DNA of 64,000 nucleotides. Source: Squalus acanthias (lineage: Eukaryota). Positions within the stretch are counted from its first letter, which is position 1, and every line of letters starts with the position of its first letter. Positions 11,743-25,000 of the stretch are shown here, in pieces. The stretch lies in assembly GCA_030390025.1 (NCBI GenBank), contig JASTWF010000360.1, positions 372,001 through 436,000 on the forward strand, read 5' to 3'. A model generated the notes under the pieces. It worked only from the letters and a program-made list of their open reading frames with translations. It ran no database searches and was not told the DNA's origin. Both the position numbers and the translations under genes were made by a program.

Positions 11743-14700
11743 AACAGGCTTGATGTGCTGAATGGCCTCCTCCTGTTCCTGTGTAAGAAGCTCGAGGGGC
11801 TGAATGGCCTCCTCCTGTTCCTGTGTAAGCGGCTCGAGGGGCTGAATGGCCTCCTCCTGTTCCTGTGTAAGAAGCTCGAGGGGCTGAATGGCCTCCTCCT
11901 GTTCCTGTGTAAGAGGCTCGAGGGGCTGAATGGCCTCCTCCTGTTCCTGTGTAAGAGGCTCGAGGGGCTGAATGGCCTCCTCCTGCTCCTGTGTAAGCGG
12001 CTCGAGGGGGCTGAATGGCCTCCTCCTGTTCCTGTGTAACAGGCTCGAGGGGCTGAATGGCCTCCTCCTGCTTCTGTGTAACAGCCTTGAGGGCTGAATG
12101 GCCTCCTCCTGTTCATCGAATCATAGAAAGTTACAGCATGGCAACAGCATTGTAAATCTCCTCTGTACCCTCTCTAGTGCAACATATCTTTCCAGTAATG
12201 TGATGACCAGAACTGCACGCAGTACTCTAGCTGAGGCCTAACTAGTGTTTTATACAGTTGAAGCATAAACCCCCTGCTCTTGTATTCTATGCCACAGCTA
12301 ATAAAGGCAAGCATTCCGTATGCCTTCTTAACCACCTTATCTACCTGGCCTGCTACCTTCAGGGATCTGTGGACATACACTCCAAGGTCCCTTTGTTCCT
12401 CTACACTACTCAGTGTCCTACCATTTAATGTGTATTCCCTTTCCTTGTTAGCCCTCCCCAAATGCATTACCTCACACTTCTCCGGATTGAAATCCATTTG
12501 CCACTGTTCCGCCCAGCTGACCAATTTATTGATATCTTCCTGCAGTCTGCAGCTTCCTTCTTCATTATCAACCACACAGCCGATTTTAGTATCATCTGCA
12601 AACTTCTTAATCATACCCCCTATATTCAAGTCTAGATCATTAATATATACCAGACAAATCAAGGGACCAAGTACTGAGCCCTGCGGAACCCCACTGGAAA
12701 CAGCCTTCCAGTCACAAAAACACCCATCAACCATTACCCTCTGCTTCCTGCCTCCGAGCCAGTTTTGAATCCAACTTGACACTTCGCCCTGGATCCCATG
12801 GGCTTTTAACTTCGTGACCAGTCTGCCATGTGGAACCTTATCAAAAGCCTTGCTGTTCCTGTGTAACAGTCACAAGGGGCTGAATGTCCTCCTCCTGTTC
12901 CTGTGTAACAGGCTCAAGGGGGCTGTATGGGCTCCTCCTGTTCCTGTCTAACAGGCTCGAGGGGCTGAATGGCCACCTCCTGTTCCTAATGCAACAGGCT
13001 TGAGGGTCTGAATAGCCTCCTCCTGTTACTGTGTAACAGGATCGAGAGGGCTGAATGGCTTCCTCCTGTTCCTGTTTAACATGCTCGAGAGGCTGAATGG
13101 CCTCATCCTGTTCCTGTGTAACAGGCTCAAGGGGCTGAATGGCCTCCTCCGGTTCCCGTGTGACAGAATCGAGGGGCTGAATGGCCTCCTCCTGTTCCCG
13201 TGCAACAGGCTTGAGTGGCTGAATGGCCTCCTCCTGTTCCTGTATATCTGGCTTGAGGAGCTTAATGGCCTCCACCTGTACCCATGTAACAGGCTCAAGG
13301 GCGCTGAATGGCCTCCTCTTGTTACTGTGTAACAGGCTCGAGGGGCTGAATGGCCTGTTCCTGTGTAACAGGCACGATGGGGCTGAATGGCCTCCTGCTG
13401 TTCCTGCGTAACAGGCTCGAGGGGCTGAATGGCCTCCTCCTGTTCCTGTGTAATAGGCTGGAGGGGCTGAATGGCCTCCTCCTGTTACTGTGTAACAGGA
13501 TCGAGAGGGCTGAATGGCTTCCTCCTGTTCTTGTTTAACATGCTCGAGGGGCTGAATGGCCTCATCCTGTTCCTGTGTAACAGGCTCAAGGGGCTGAATG
13601 GCCTCCTCCGGTTCCCGTGTGACAGGATCGAGGGGCTGAATGGCCTCCTCCTGTTCCCGTGTAACAGGCTTGAGTGGCTGAATGGCCTCCTCCTGTTCCT
13701 GTATATCTGGCTTGAGGAGCTTAATGGCCTCCACCTGTACCCATGTAACAGGCTCAAGGGCGCTGAATGGCCTCCTCTTGTTACTGTGTAACAGGCTCGA
13801 GGGGCTGAATGGCCTGTTCCTGTGTAACAGGCTCGAGGGGCTGAATGGCCTGTTCCTGTGTAACAGGCACGATGGGGCTGAATGGCCTCCTCCTGTTCCT
13901 GTGTAACAGGCTGGAGGGGCTGAATGGCCTCCTCCTGTTCCTGTGTAACAGGCTCGAGGGGGTTGAATGGCCTCCTCCTGTTCCTGTGCAGCAGGCTCGA
14001 GGGGGCTGAATGGCCTCCTCCTGTTCCTGTGTAACAGGCTCGAGGGGCTGAATGGGCCTCCTCCTGTTCCTGTGTAACAGGCTCGAGGGGCTGAATGGCC
14101 TTCTCCTGTTCCTGTGTAACAGGCTCGAGGGGCTGAATGGCCTGTTCCTGTGTAACAGGCACGATGGGGCTGAATGGCCTCCTCCTGTTCCTGTGTAACA
14201 GGCTCGAGGGGACTGAATGGCCTCCTCCTGTTCCTGTGTAACAGGCTCGAGGGGCTGAATGGCCTCCTCCTGTTGCTGTGTAACAGGCTCGAGGGGCTGA
14301 ATGGCCTCCTCCTGTTCCTGTGTAACAGGCTCGAGGGGCTGAATGGCCTCCTCCTGTTCCTGTGTAACAGGCTCGAGGGGCTGAATGGCCTCCTCCTGTT
14401 CCTGTGTAACGGGCTTGAGGGGCTGAATGGCCTCTTCCTGTTCCTGTGTAACGGGCTCGAGGGGCTGAATGGCCTCCTCCTGTTCCTGTGTAACGGGCTC
14501 GAGGGGCTGAATGGCCTCCTCCTGTTCCTGTGTAACAGGCTGGAGGGGCTGAATGGCCTCCTCCTGTTCCTGTGTAACAGGTTCGAGGGGGCTGAATGGC
14601 CTCCTGCTGTTCCTGCGCAACAGGAACGAGGGGACTGAATGGCCTCCTCCTGTTCCTGTGTAACAGGCTCGAGGGACTGAATGGCCTCCTCCTGTTCCTG

Positions 14701-14746
14701 TGTAACAGGCTCGAGGGGCTGAATGGCCTCCTCCTGTTGCTGTGTA
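11743..14746 (+). repeat. 42-bp minisatellite (AACAGGCTCGAGGGGCTGAATGGCCTCCTCCTGTTCCTGTGT) derived from the CR1 3' UTR, split by a CR1 RT fragment
   Basis: 14-aa periodic ORFs (LEGLNGLLLFLCNR). The unit matches the CR1 3' terminus at about 17366-17410. Internal 459-bp duplication (13223 vs 13682). Confidence 0.93.
12120..12850 (-). mobile_element. CR1 LINE reverse transcriptase fragment
   Basis: ORF 12174-12782: [36 protein letters not shown]. Confidence 0.93.
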
Positions 14747-15030
14747 AAAACCTGCCTCTTTGACCCTCGCTTGTCCTAAGATCTCCCTGTGTGGCTCAGT
14801 GCAAAATCTTGTTTGATAATTGCTCCTGTGTCGCGCCTTGGCACGTTTATAATTATGTTCAAGGCGGGGTATACATGTAGGTTGTTGTTATTGCTCCAAG
14901 TTCATTCTTCTATCAGCCCTGGCTCAGTGGGCGGCACTCTCGCCGCTGAGTCAGAAGGTTGTGGGTTCGAGTCCAACTCCAGAGACTTGAGCACAAAAAT
15001 CTGTGGCTGACACTCCGGTGCAGTGCTGAG
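14747..15030 (+). mobile_element. L2 3' UTR fragment plus Deu-SINE head; inverted copy of 11371-11570
   Basis: Reverse-complement match including the shared junction TTCTTCTATCAGCCCTGGCTCAGTGGG; A box at 14920-14930, B box at 14964-14974. Confidence 0.85.
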
Positions 15031-15612
15031 GGAGTGCTGCACTGTCGAAGGGTCAGTACTGAGGGAGCACCGCACTGTCGGAGGGGCAGTACTGAGGGAG
15101 CACCGCACTGTCGGAGGGGCAATACTGAGGGAGCGCTGCACTGTCGAAGGGGCAGTACTGAGGGAGCACCGCACTGTCGGAGGGGCAGTACTGAGGGAAC
15201 GCTGCACTGTCGAAGGGGCAGTACTGAGGGAGCGCCGCACTGTCGGAGGGGCAGTACTGAGGGAACGCTGCACTGTCGGAGGGGCAATACTGAGGGAGTG
15301 CTGCACTGTCGGAGGGGCAGTACACAGGGAGCGCTGCACTGTCGGAGGGGCAGTACTGAGGGAGCGCTGCACTGTCGGAGGGGCAGTACTGAGGGAGCGC
15401 CGCACTGTCGGAGGGGCAGTTCTGAGGGAGCGCTGTACTGTTGGAGGGGCAGTAGTGAAGGAGCGCTGCACTGACGGAGGGGCAGTACTGAGGGAGCGCT
15501 GCACTGTGACAGGGGCAGTACTGAGGTAGCTCCGCTGCACTGTCGGAGGGACAGTACTCAGGGAGCGCTGCACTGTCGCAGGAATAATACTGAGGGAGCA
15601 CCGTATTTTCGG
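15020..15612 (+). repeat. 33-bp SINE-derived minisatellite, inverted relative to 10225-11370
   Basis: Tandem GGAGGGGCAGTACTGAGGGAGCGCTGCACTGTC units. Confidence 0.93.
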
Positions 15613-15654
15613 AAGGGAAGGTAGGGGTTAACGGTGGGAGAGGAGGTGTTAACA

Positions 15655-16505
15655 GTGTTAGGGGGCGGGTTTATCAGTGAGAGGGGGGCAGCGATAACAG
15701 TGAGAGGGGCAGGGTTATCAGTGAGAGGGGCGGGGTTATCAGTATTAGGGGCGGGTTTATCAGTGTAAGGGGTGGTGTTTTCAATGAGAGGGTAGGGTTA
15801 TCAGTGAGCGGGGCGGGTTATCAGTGTTAGGGGGCGGGGTTATCAGTGAGAGGGGCGGGGTTATCAGTGAGAGGGGCGGGGTTATCAGTGAGAGGGGCGG
15901 GGTTATCAGTGAGAGGGGCGGGGTTATCAGTGAGAGGGGGCAGGTGTATCAGTGAGAGGGGCGGGGTTATCAGTGAGGGGGTGGCGTTATCAGTGTTAGG
16001 GGCGGGGTTATCAGTGTTAGGGGGCGGGGTTATCAGTGAAAGGGGCGGGGTTATAAGTGTTGGGGGCGGTGTTATCAGTGTTAGGGGGTGGGGTTATCAG
16101 TGACAGGGTTATCAGTGAGAGGGGCGGGATTATCATTTTTAAGGGCGGGTCTATCAGTGAGAGAGGCGGGGTTATCAGTTAAAGGGGCAGGTTTATAAGT
16201 TTTAGGGGGCGGGGTTATCAGTGAGAGGGGGCGTGGTTTTCAGTGACAGGGTTATCAGTGAGAGGGGCGGGATTATCATTTTTAAGGGCGGGTCTATCAG
16301 TGAGAGAGGTGAGGTTATCAGTTAGAGGGGGCGTGATTTTCAGTGAGGGGGGGGTTATCAGAGCGAGGGGGCGTGGTTTTAAGTGAGAGGGCGGGGTTAT
16401 CAGAGAGAGGGGCGTGGTTTTTAATTTGAGGGGGCGGGGTTGTCAGTGTTAGGGGTCGGGGTCAGTTAGGGGGCGGGGTTGTCAGTGTTAGGGGGCGGGG
16501 TTAAC
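15655..16505 (-). repeat. About 21-bp GATA/GC-box minisatellite, inverted copy
   Basis: Tandem GAGGGGCGGGGTTATCAGTGA units. Confidence 0.92.
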
Positions 16506-16888
16506 GGGGAGTCCGTGCGATTTGTTGAGCCGGCTCTCGCGACCCCGACAATCCGAGGCCGCGGAACGTCTCATTGGCTGTGGCGGTGCCGCGCGGACCC
16601 ATTGGGATAGCGCGGCCGACCAGCGATTGGCTCTCTCCGCTCCTCCCGCGCTCTCCATTCAGAAAAGGGCCTCGCTGCCTCTCTGACGGTTTGGGGGAAA
16701 AAGAAAAGAAAAAGCCCGCGCGCAGGTGCCTGCTCCGATTGGCTGTGGCAGCGGGCGTCCTGTCCCGGCGGTGTCAGCTCCGCGTGCGCCTTCGCGGACC
16801 AACGGTCGGGAGGGATTGGCGGGGGGGAGAGGGGGCGAGGGAGAGAGGGGCGCGGCTATGGCTCTGATCCGCCCCTCTGATTGGCCGC
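16506..16888 (+). promoter_or_regulatory. Truncated inverted copy of the CCAAT-rich CpG island
   Basis: Reverse complement of about 8526-8905. Five ATTGG boxes remain; the YY1/E-box segment is missing. Confidence 0.7.
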
Positions 16889-17493
16889 CTTATCTGAGGA
16901 AGGATGTTCTTGCCATGGAAGGAGTTCAGCGAAGATTCACAAGGCTGATACCTGGGATGGCAGGAATGACGTATGAGGAGAGATTGGGTCGATTGGGCTT
17001 ATACTCGCTGGAGTATAGAAGAATGAGAGGGGATCTCATCGAAACATATCAAATTCTGACAGGTCTGGACAAACTAGATGCAGGAAGAATGTTCCCGATG
17101 GTCGGAAAGTCCAGAACCAGGGGTCACAGTCTAAGGATAAGTGGTAAGACATTTAGGACAGAAATGAGGAGGAATTTCTTCAACCAGCGAGTGGTGAACC
17201 TGTGGAATTCTCTACCACAGAAGTTAGTTGAGGCCAAGTCATTAAATATATTCAAGAATGAGTTAGATATATTTCTTAAGGCTAAAGGGATCAAGGGATA
17301 TGGGGAGAAAGCAGGGAGAGGGTACTTAGTTTGGATGATCAGCCATGATCTCATTGAATGGCGGAGCAGGCTCGAGGGGCCGAATGGCCTACTCCTGCTC
17401 CTATCTTCTATGTTTCTATGGAGAAACTGGGATTGTTCTCCTTAGAGCAGAGGAGGTTTGGGGGAGATTTAATCGAGGTGTTCAAAATGGTAA
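16889..17493 (+). mobile_element. CR1 3' fragments, inverted copy of about 7465-8075
   Basis: Translation nearly identical to ORF 7635-8111, with the same nested junction. Confidence 0.9.
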
Positions 17494-20400
17494 GGGTTAC
17501 AGAGATAGGGAGGGTTGTAGGGCTGGAGGAGGTTACAGAGATAGGGAGGGTTGTAGTGGCTGGAGGAGGTTACAGAGATAGGGTGGGTTGTAGGGGCTGG
17601 AGGAGGTTACAGAAATAGGGAGGGTTGTAGGGCTGGAGGAGGTTACAAAGATGGGGAGGGTTGTAGGGGTTGGAGGAGGATACAGAGATAGGGAGGGTTG
17701 CAGGGGCTGGAGGAGGTTACAGAGTTATGGAGGGTTGTAGGGCTGGAGGAGGTTACAAAGATAGGGAGTGTTATAGGGCTGGAGGAGGTTACAGAAATAG
17801 GGAGGGTTGTAGGGGGTTACAGAGATAGGGAGGGTTGTAGGGCTGGAGGAGGTTACAGAGATAGGGAGGTTTGTAGGGGCTGGAGGAGGTTACAGAGATA
17901 GGGAGGGTTGTAGGGGCTGGAGGAGGTTACAGAGTTATGGAGGGTTGTAGGGCTGGAGGAGGTTACAAAGATAGGGAGTGTTATAGGGCTGGAGGAGGTT
18001 ACAGAGATGGCGAGGGGTATAGAGGCTGGTGGAGGTTACAGAGAAAGGGAGGGTTGTCGGGCTGCAGGAGGTTACAGAGATAGGGAGGGTTGTAGGGCTG
18101 GAGGAGGTTACAGGGATAGGGAAGGTTGTAGTGACTGGAGGAGGTTACAGACATCGGGAGGGTTGTAGGGTTGGAAGAGGTTACAGAGATAGGGAGGGTT
18201 GTAGGTGCTGGAGGAGGTTACAGAGTTAGGGAGGGTTGTAGGGCTGGAGGAGTTTACAGAGATAGGGAGTGTTATAGGGCTGGAGGAGGTTACAGAGATA
18301 GGGAGTGTTGTAGGGCTGGAGGAGGTTACAGAGATAGGGAGGTATGTAGGGGCTGGAGGAGGTTACAGAGATAGGGAGGGTTGTAGGTGGTTACTGAGAT
18401 AGGGAGGGTTGTAGGGCTGGAGGAGGTTACAGGGATAGAGAGGGTTGCAGGGGCTGGAGCAGGTTAGAGATAGGGAGGGTTGTGGGGCTGGAGGAGCTTA
18501 TAGAGATAGGGAGGGTTGTAGGGCTGGAGGAGGTTACAGGGATAGGGAGGGTTGAAGGGGCAGGAGGAGGTTACAGAGATAGGGTTGTAGGGGCTGGAGT
18601 AGGTTACAGAGATAGGGAGAGTTGTAGGGGCTGGAGGAGGTTACACAGATGGGGAGGGTTGGAGGGGGTTACTGAGATAGGGAGGGTTGTAGGGGCTGGA
18701 GGAGGTTACAGAGATAGGGAGGGTTGTAGGGCTGGAGGAGGTTACAGAGATAGGGAGGGTTGTAGGTGCTGGAGGAGGTTACAGAGATAGGGAGGGTTGT
18801 AGGGACTGGAGGAGGTTACTGAGATAGGGAGGGTTGTAGGGGCTGGAGGAGGTTACAGAGATAGGGAGGGTTGGAGGGGCTGGAGGAGGTTACAGAGATA
18901 GGGAGATTTGTAGGGCTGGAGGAGGTTAGAGATAGGGAGTGTTGTAGGGATTGGAGGAGGTTACACAGATAGGGAGGGTTGTTGGGGTTGGAGGAGGTGT
19001 CAGAGATAGGGAGGGTTATGGGCTGGAGGAGGTTACAGAAATAGGGTGGGTTGTAGTGGTTGGAGGAGGTTACAGAAATAGGGAGGGTTGTAGGGCTGGA
19101 GGAGGTTACAGAGATGGGGAAAGTTGTAGGGGTTGGAGGAGGATACAGAGATAGGGAGGGTTGTAGGGGCTGGAGGAGGTTACAGAGTTATGGAGGGTTG
19201 TAGGGCTGGAGGAGGTTACAAAGATAGGGAGTGTTATAGGGCTGGAGGAGGTTACAGAAATAGGGAGGGTTGTAGGGGGTTACAGAGATAGGGAGGGTTG
19301 TAGGGCTGGAGGAGGTTACAGAGGTAGGGAGGTTTGTAGGGGCTGGAGGAGGTTACAGAGATAGGGAGGGTTGTAGGGGCTGGAGGAGGTTACATAGTTA
19401 TGGAGGGTTGTAGGGCTGGAGGAGGTTACAAAGATAGGGAGTGTTATAGGGCTGGAGGAGGTTACAGAAATAGGGAGGGTTGTAGGGGGTTACAGAGATA
19501 GGGAGGGTTGTAGGGCTGGAGGAGGTTACAGAGATAGGGAGGTTTGTAGGGGCTGGAGGAGGTTACAGAGATAGGGAGGGTTGGAGGGGGTTACAGAGAT
19601 AGGGAGGGTTGTAGGGCTGGAGGAGGTTACAGAGATAGGGAGGGTTGTAGGTGCTGGAGGAGGTTACAGAGATAGGGAGGGTTGTAGGGACTGGAGGAGG
19701 TTACTGAGATAGGGAGGGTTGTAGGGGCTGGAGGAGGTTACAGAGATAGGGAGATATGTAGGGCTGGAGGAGGTTAGAGATAGGGAGGGTTGTAGGGGTT
19801 GGAGGAGGTTACAGAGATAGGGAGGGTTGTAGGGCTGGAGGAGGTTACAGAGATAGGGTGGGTTGTAGGGGTTGGAGGAGGTTACAGAAATAGGGAGGGT
19901 TGTTCGGCTGGAGGAGTTTACAGAGATGGGGAGGGTTGTAGGGGTTGGAGGAGGATACAGAGATAGGGAGGGTTGTAGGGGCTGGAGGAGGATACAGAGA
20001 TAGGGAGGGTTGTAGGGGCTGGTTGAGGTTACAGAGATAGGGAGGGTTGGAGGGGGTTACCGAGATAGGGAGGGTTGTAGGGGCTGGAGGAGGTTACAGA
20101 GATAGGGAGGTTTGGAGGGCTGGAGGAGGTTACATAGATAGGGAGGGTTGTAGGGGCTGGAGGAGGTTACAGAGATAGGGAGGGTTGTAGGGGTTGGAGG
20201 AGGTTACAGAGATAGGGAGGGTTGTAGGGCTGAAGGAGGTTAGAGATAGGGAGTGTTGTAGGGGTTGGAGGAGGTTACAGAGATAGGGAGGGTTGTAGGG
20301 GTTGGTGGAGGTTACAGAGATAGGGAGGGTTGTCGGGCTGGAGGAGGTTACAGAGTTATGGAGGGGTGTAGGGCTGGAGGAGGTTACAAAGATAGGGAGG

Positions 20401-23400
20401 TTTGTAGGGTCTGGAGGAGGTTACAGGGATAGGGAGGTTTGTAGGCGTGGAGGAGGTTACAGAGATAGGGAGGGTTGTAGGGCTGGAGGAGTTTATAGAG
20501 ATAGGGAGGGTTGTAGGGGTGGAGGAGGTTACAGAGATAGGGAGGATTGCAGGGCTGGAGGAGGTTACAGATATAGGGAGGGTTGTAGGGGTGGAGGAGG
20601 TTACACAGATGGGGAGGGTTGTAGGGCTGGAGGAGGTTACAGAGATAGGGAGGGCTGTAGGGCTGGAGGACTTTATAGAGATAGGGAGGATTGTAGGGCT
20701 AAAGGAGGTTATACAGATAGAGAGGGTTGAAAGGCTGGAGGAGCTTACAGAGATAGGGAGGGTTGTAGGGCTGGAGGAGGTTACAGAGATTGGGAGGGTT
20801 GTAGGGCTGGAGGAGATTACAGAGATAGGGACGGTTGTAGGGCTGGAGGATGTTACAGAGATAGGGAGGGTTGTAGGGCTGGAGGAGGTTACAGAGATAG
20901 GGAGGATTGTAGGGCTGGAGGAGTTTACAGAGACAGGGAGGGTTGTAGGGGTGGAGGAGGTTACACAGATAGGGAGAGTTGTAGGGCTGGAGGAGGTTAC
21001 AGAGATACGGAGGGTTGTAGGGCTGGAGGAGGTTACAGAGATAGGGAGGGTTGTAGGGCTGGAGGAGGTTACAGAGATAGGGAGGGTTATAGGGCTGGAG
21101 GAGGTTACAGAGATTGGGAGGTTTGTAGGGCTGGAGGAGATTACAGAGATAGGGAGGATTGTAGGGCTAAAGGAGGTTATACAGTTAGAGAGGGTTGTAA
21201 GGCTGGAGGAGGTTACAGAGATATGGAGGGTTGTAGGGCTGGAGGAGTTTACAGAGATTGGGAGGTTTGTAGGGCTGGAGGAGATTACAGAGATAGGGAG
21301 GGTTGTAGGGCTGGAGGAGGTTACAGAGATAGGGAGGGTTGTAGGGCTGGAGGAGGTTACAGAGATAGGGAGGGTTGTAGGGCTGGAGGAGGTTACAGAG
21401 ATAGAGAGGGTTCTAAGGCTGGGGTAAGTTACAGAGATAGAGAGGGTTGTAGGGGCTGGAGGAGGTTACAGAGATTGGGAGGGTTGTAGGGCTGAAGGAG
21501 GTTACAGAGATAGGGAGGGTTGTAGGTGCTGGAGGAGGTTACTGAGATAGGGAGAATAGTAGGGGCTGGAGGAGGTTACAGAGATAGGGAGGGTTGAAGG
21601 GCTGGAGGAGGTTACAGAGATAGGGAGGCTTGTAGGGGCTGGAGGAGGTTACAGAGATAGGGAGGGTTGTAGGGGCTGGAGGAGGATACAGAGATAGGTA
21701 GGGTTGTAGGGGCTGGAGGAGGTTACAGAGATAGGGAGGGTTGTAGGGCTGGAGGAGGTTACAGACATAGGGGGGTTTGTAGGGGCTGGAAGAGGTTACA
21801 GAGATAGGGAGGGTTGTAGGGGCTGGAGGATGTTACAGGGATAGGGAGGGTTGTAGGGGTGGAGGAGGTTACAGAGATTGGGAGGGTTGTAGGGGCTGGA
21901 GGAGGTTACAGAGATAGAGAGGGTTGTAGGGGCTGGAGGAGGATACAGAGATAGGGAGGATTCTCGGGGCTGGAGGAGGTTACAGAGATAGGGAGGGTTC
22001 TCGGGGCTGGAGGAGGTTACAGCAATATGGAGGGTTTTCAGGCCTGGGGGAGGATACAGAATTAGGGAGGGTTGTAGGTGCTGGAGGAGGTTACAGAGAT
22101 AGGGAGGGTTGTAGGGGCTGAAGGAGGTTACAGAGATAGGGAGGGCTGTAGGGGCTGGAGGAGGTTAGAGAGATAGGGAGGGTTGTAGGGGCTGGAGGAG
22201 GTTACTGAGATAGGGAGTGTTGTAGGGGCTGGAGGAGGTTACTGAGATAGGGAGAATAGTAGGGGCTGGAGGAGGTGACAGAGATAGGGATGGTTGAAGG
22301 GCTGGAGGAGGTTACTGAGATAGGGAGAATTGTAGGGGCTGGAGGAGGTTACAGAGATAGGGAGGGTTGAAGGGCTGGAGGAGGTTACAGAGATAGGGAG
22401 GCTTGTAGGGGCTGGAGGAGGTTACAGAGATAGGGAGGGTTGTAGGGGCTGGAGGAGGATACAGAGATAGGGAGGGTTGTAGGGGCTGGAGGAGGTTACA
22501 GAGATAGGGAGGGTTGTAGGGCTGGAGGAGGTTACAGACATAGGGGGGTTTGTAGGGGCTGGAAGAGGTTACAGAGATAGGGAGGGTTGTAGGGGCTGGA
22601 GGAGGTTACAGAGATAGGGAGGGTTGTAGGGCTGGAGGAGGTTACAGAGATAGGGAGGGTTGTAGGGCTGGAGGAGGTTACAGAGATAGGGAGGGTTGTA
22701 GGGCTGGAGGAGGTTACAGAGATAGGGAGGGTTGTAGAGCTGGAGGAGGTTACAGAGATAGGGAGGGTTGTAGGGGCTGGAGGAGGATACAGAGATAGGG
22801 AGGGTTGTAGGGGCTGGAGGAGGTTACAGAGATAGGGAGGGTTGTAGGGCTGGAGGAGGTTACAGACATAGGGGGGTTTGTAGGGGCTGGAAGAGGTTAC
22901 AGAGATAGGGAGGGTTGTAGGGGCTGGAGGAGGTTACAGAGATAGGGAGGGTTGTAGGGCTGGAGGAGGTTACAGAGATAGGGAGGGTTGTAGGGCTGGA
23001 GGAGGTTACAGAGATAGGGAGGGTTGTAGGGCTGGAGGAGGTTACAGAGATAGGGAGGGTTGTAGAGCTGGAGGAGGTTACAGAGATTGGGAGGTTTGTA
23101 GGGCTGGAGGAGATTACAGAGATAGGGAGGATTGTAGGGCTAAAGGAGGTTATACAGTTAGAGAGGGTTGTAAGGCTGGAGGAGGTTACAGAGATATGGA
23201 GGGTTGTAGGGCTGGAGGAGTTTACAGAGATTGGGAGGTTTGTAGGGCTGGAGGAGATTACAGAGATAGGGAGGGTTGTAGGGCTGGAGGAGGTTACAGA
23301 GATAGGGAGGGTTGTAGGGCTGGAGGAGGTTACAGAGATAGGGAGGGTTCTAAGGCTGGGGTAAGTTACAGAGATAGAGAGGGTTGTAGGGGCTGGAGGA

Positions 23401-25000
23401 GGTTACAGAGATTGGGAGGGTTGTAGGGCTGAAGGAGGTTACAGAGATAGGGAGGGTTGTAGGTGCTGGAGGAGGTTACTGAGATAGGGAGAATAGTAGG
23501 GGCTGGAGGAGGTTACAGAGATAGGGAGGGTTGAAGGGCTGGAGGAGGTTACTGAGATAGGGAGAATTGTAGGGGCTGGAGGAGGTTACAGAGATAGGGA
23601 GGGTTGAAGGGCTGGAGGAGGTTATAGAGATAGGGAGGCTTGCAGGGGCTGGAGGAGGTTACAGAGATAGGGAGGGTTGTAGGGGCTGGAGGAGGATACA
23701 GAGATAGGTAGGGTTGTAGGGGCTGGAGGAGGTTACAGAGATAGGGAGGGTTGTAGGGCTGGAGGAGGTTACAGACATAGGGGGGTTTGTAGGGGCTGGA
23801 AGAGGTTACAGAGATAGGGAGGGTTGTAGGGGCTGGAGGATGTTACAGGGATAGGGAGGGTTGTAGGGGTGGAGGAGGTTACAGAGATTGGGAGGGTTGT
23901 AGGGGCTGGAGGAGGTTACAGAGATACAGAGGGTTGTAGGGGCTGGAGGAGGATACAGAGATAGGGAGGGTTCTCGGGGCTGGAGGAGGTTACAGAGATA
24001 GGGAGGGTTCTCGGGGCTGGAGGAGGTTACAGCAATATGGAGGGTTGTCGGGCCTGGGGGAGGATACAGAATTAGGGAGGGTTGTAGGTGCTGGAGGAGG
24101 TTACAGAGATAGGGAGGGTTGTAGGGGCTGAAGGAGGTTACAGAGATAGGGAGGGTTGTAGGGGCTGGAGGAGGTTAGAGAGATAGGGAGGGTTGTCGGG
24201 GCTGGAGGAGGTTAATGAGATAGAGAGTGTTGTAGGGGCTGGAGGAGGTTACTGAGATAGGGAGAATGGTAGGGGCTGGAGGAGGTGACAGAGATAGGGA
24301 TGGTTGAAGGGCTGGAGGAGGTTACTGAGATAGGGAGAATTGTAGGGGCTGGAGGAGGTTACAGAGATAGGGAGGGTTGAAGGGCTGGAGGAGGTTACAG
24401 AGATAGGGAGGCTTGTAGGGGCTGGAGGAGGTTACAGAGATAGGGAGGGTTGTAGGGGCTGGAGGAGGATACAGAGATAGGGAGGGTTGTAGGGGCTGGA
24501 GGAGGTTACAGAGATAGGGAGGGTTGTAGGGCTGGAGGAGGTTACAGACATAGGGGGGTTTGTAGGGGCTGGAAGAGGTTACAGAGATAGGGAGGGTTGT
24601 AGGGGCTGGAGGAGGTTACAGAGATAGGGAGGGTTGTAGGGGCTGGAGGAGGATACAGAGATAGGGAGGGTTCTCGGGGCTGGAGGAGGTTACAGAGATA
24701 GGGAGGGTTCTCGGGGCTGGAGGCGGTTACAGAGATAGGGAGGGTTGTAGGGGCTGGAGGAGGATACAGAGATTGGGAGGGTTCTCGGGGCTGGAGGAGG
24801 GTACAGAGATAGGGAGGGTTGTAGGGGCTGGAGGAGGTTACAGAGATAGGGAGGGTTGTAGGGGCTGGAGGAGGATACAGAGATAGGGTGGGTTGCAGGG
24901 GCTGGAGGAGATTACAGAGATAGGGAGTGTTGTAGGGCTGGAGGAGGTTACAGCAATAGGGAGGGTTGTAAGGGCTGGAGGAGATTACAGAGATAGGGAG
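17494..25000 (-). repeat. 36/37-bp L2-derived minisatellite, G-rich on the + strand
   Basis: Tandem GGAGGAGGTTACAGAGATAGGGAGGGTTGTAGGG[G]CT units; internal 1973-bp duplication (21223 vs 23196). Confidence 0.95.

Noticed and set aside
14912..14990. tRNA gene candidates at A/B boxes (also near 11430, 38290 and 42755)
   Set aside because: They continue into SINE bodies and I could not fold a full cloverleaf; treated as SINE heads.
16726..17445. 239-aa chimeric promoter-CR1 ORF as a new gene
   Set aside because: GTG start in GC-rich DNA and a chance in-frame deletion junction; no other support.
20447..21427. 326-aa ORF with GLEEVTEIGRVV repeats
   Set aside because: A run of pure 36-mers read antisense to the parent L2.
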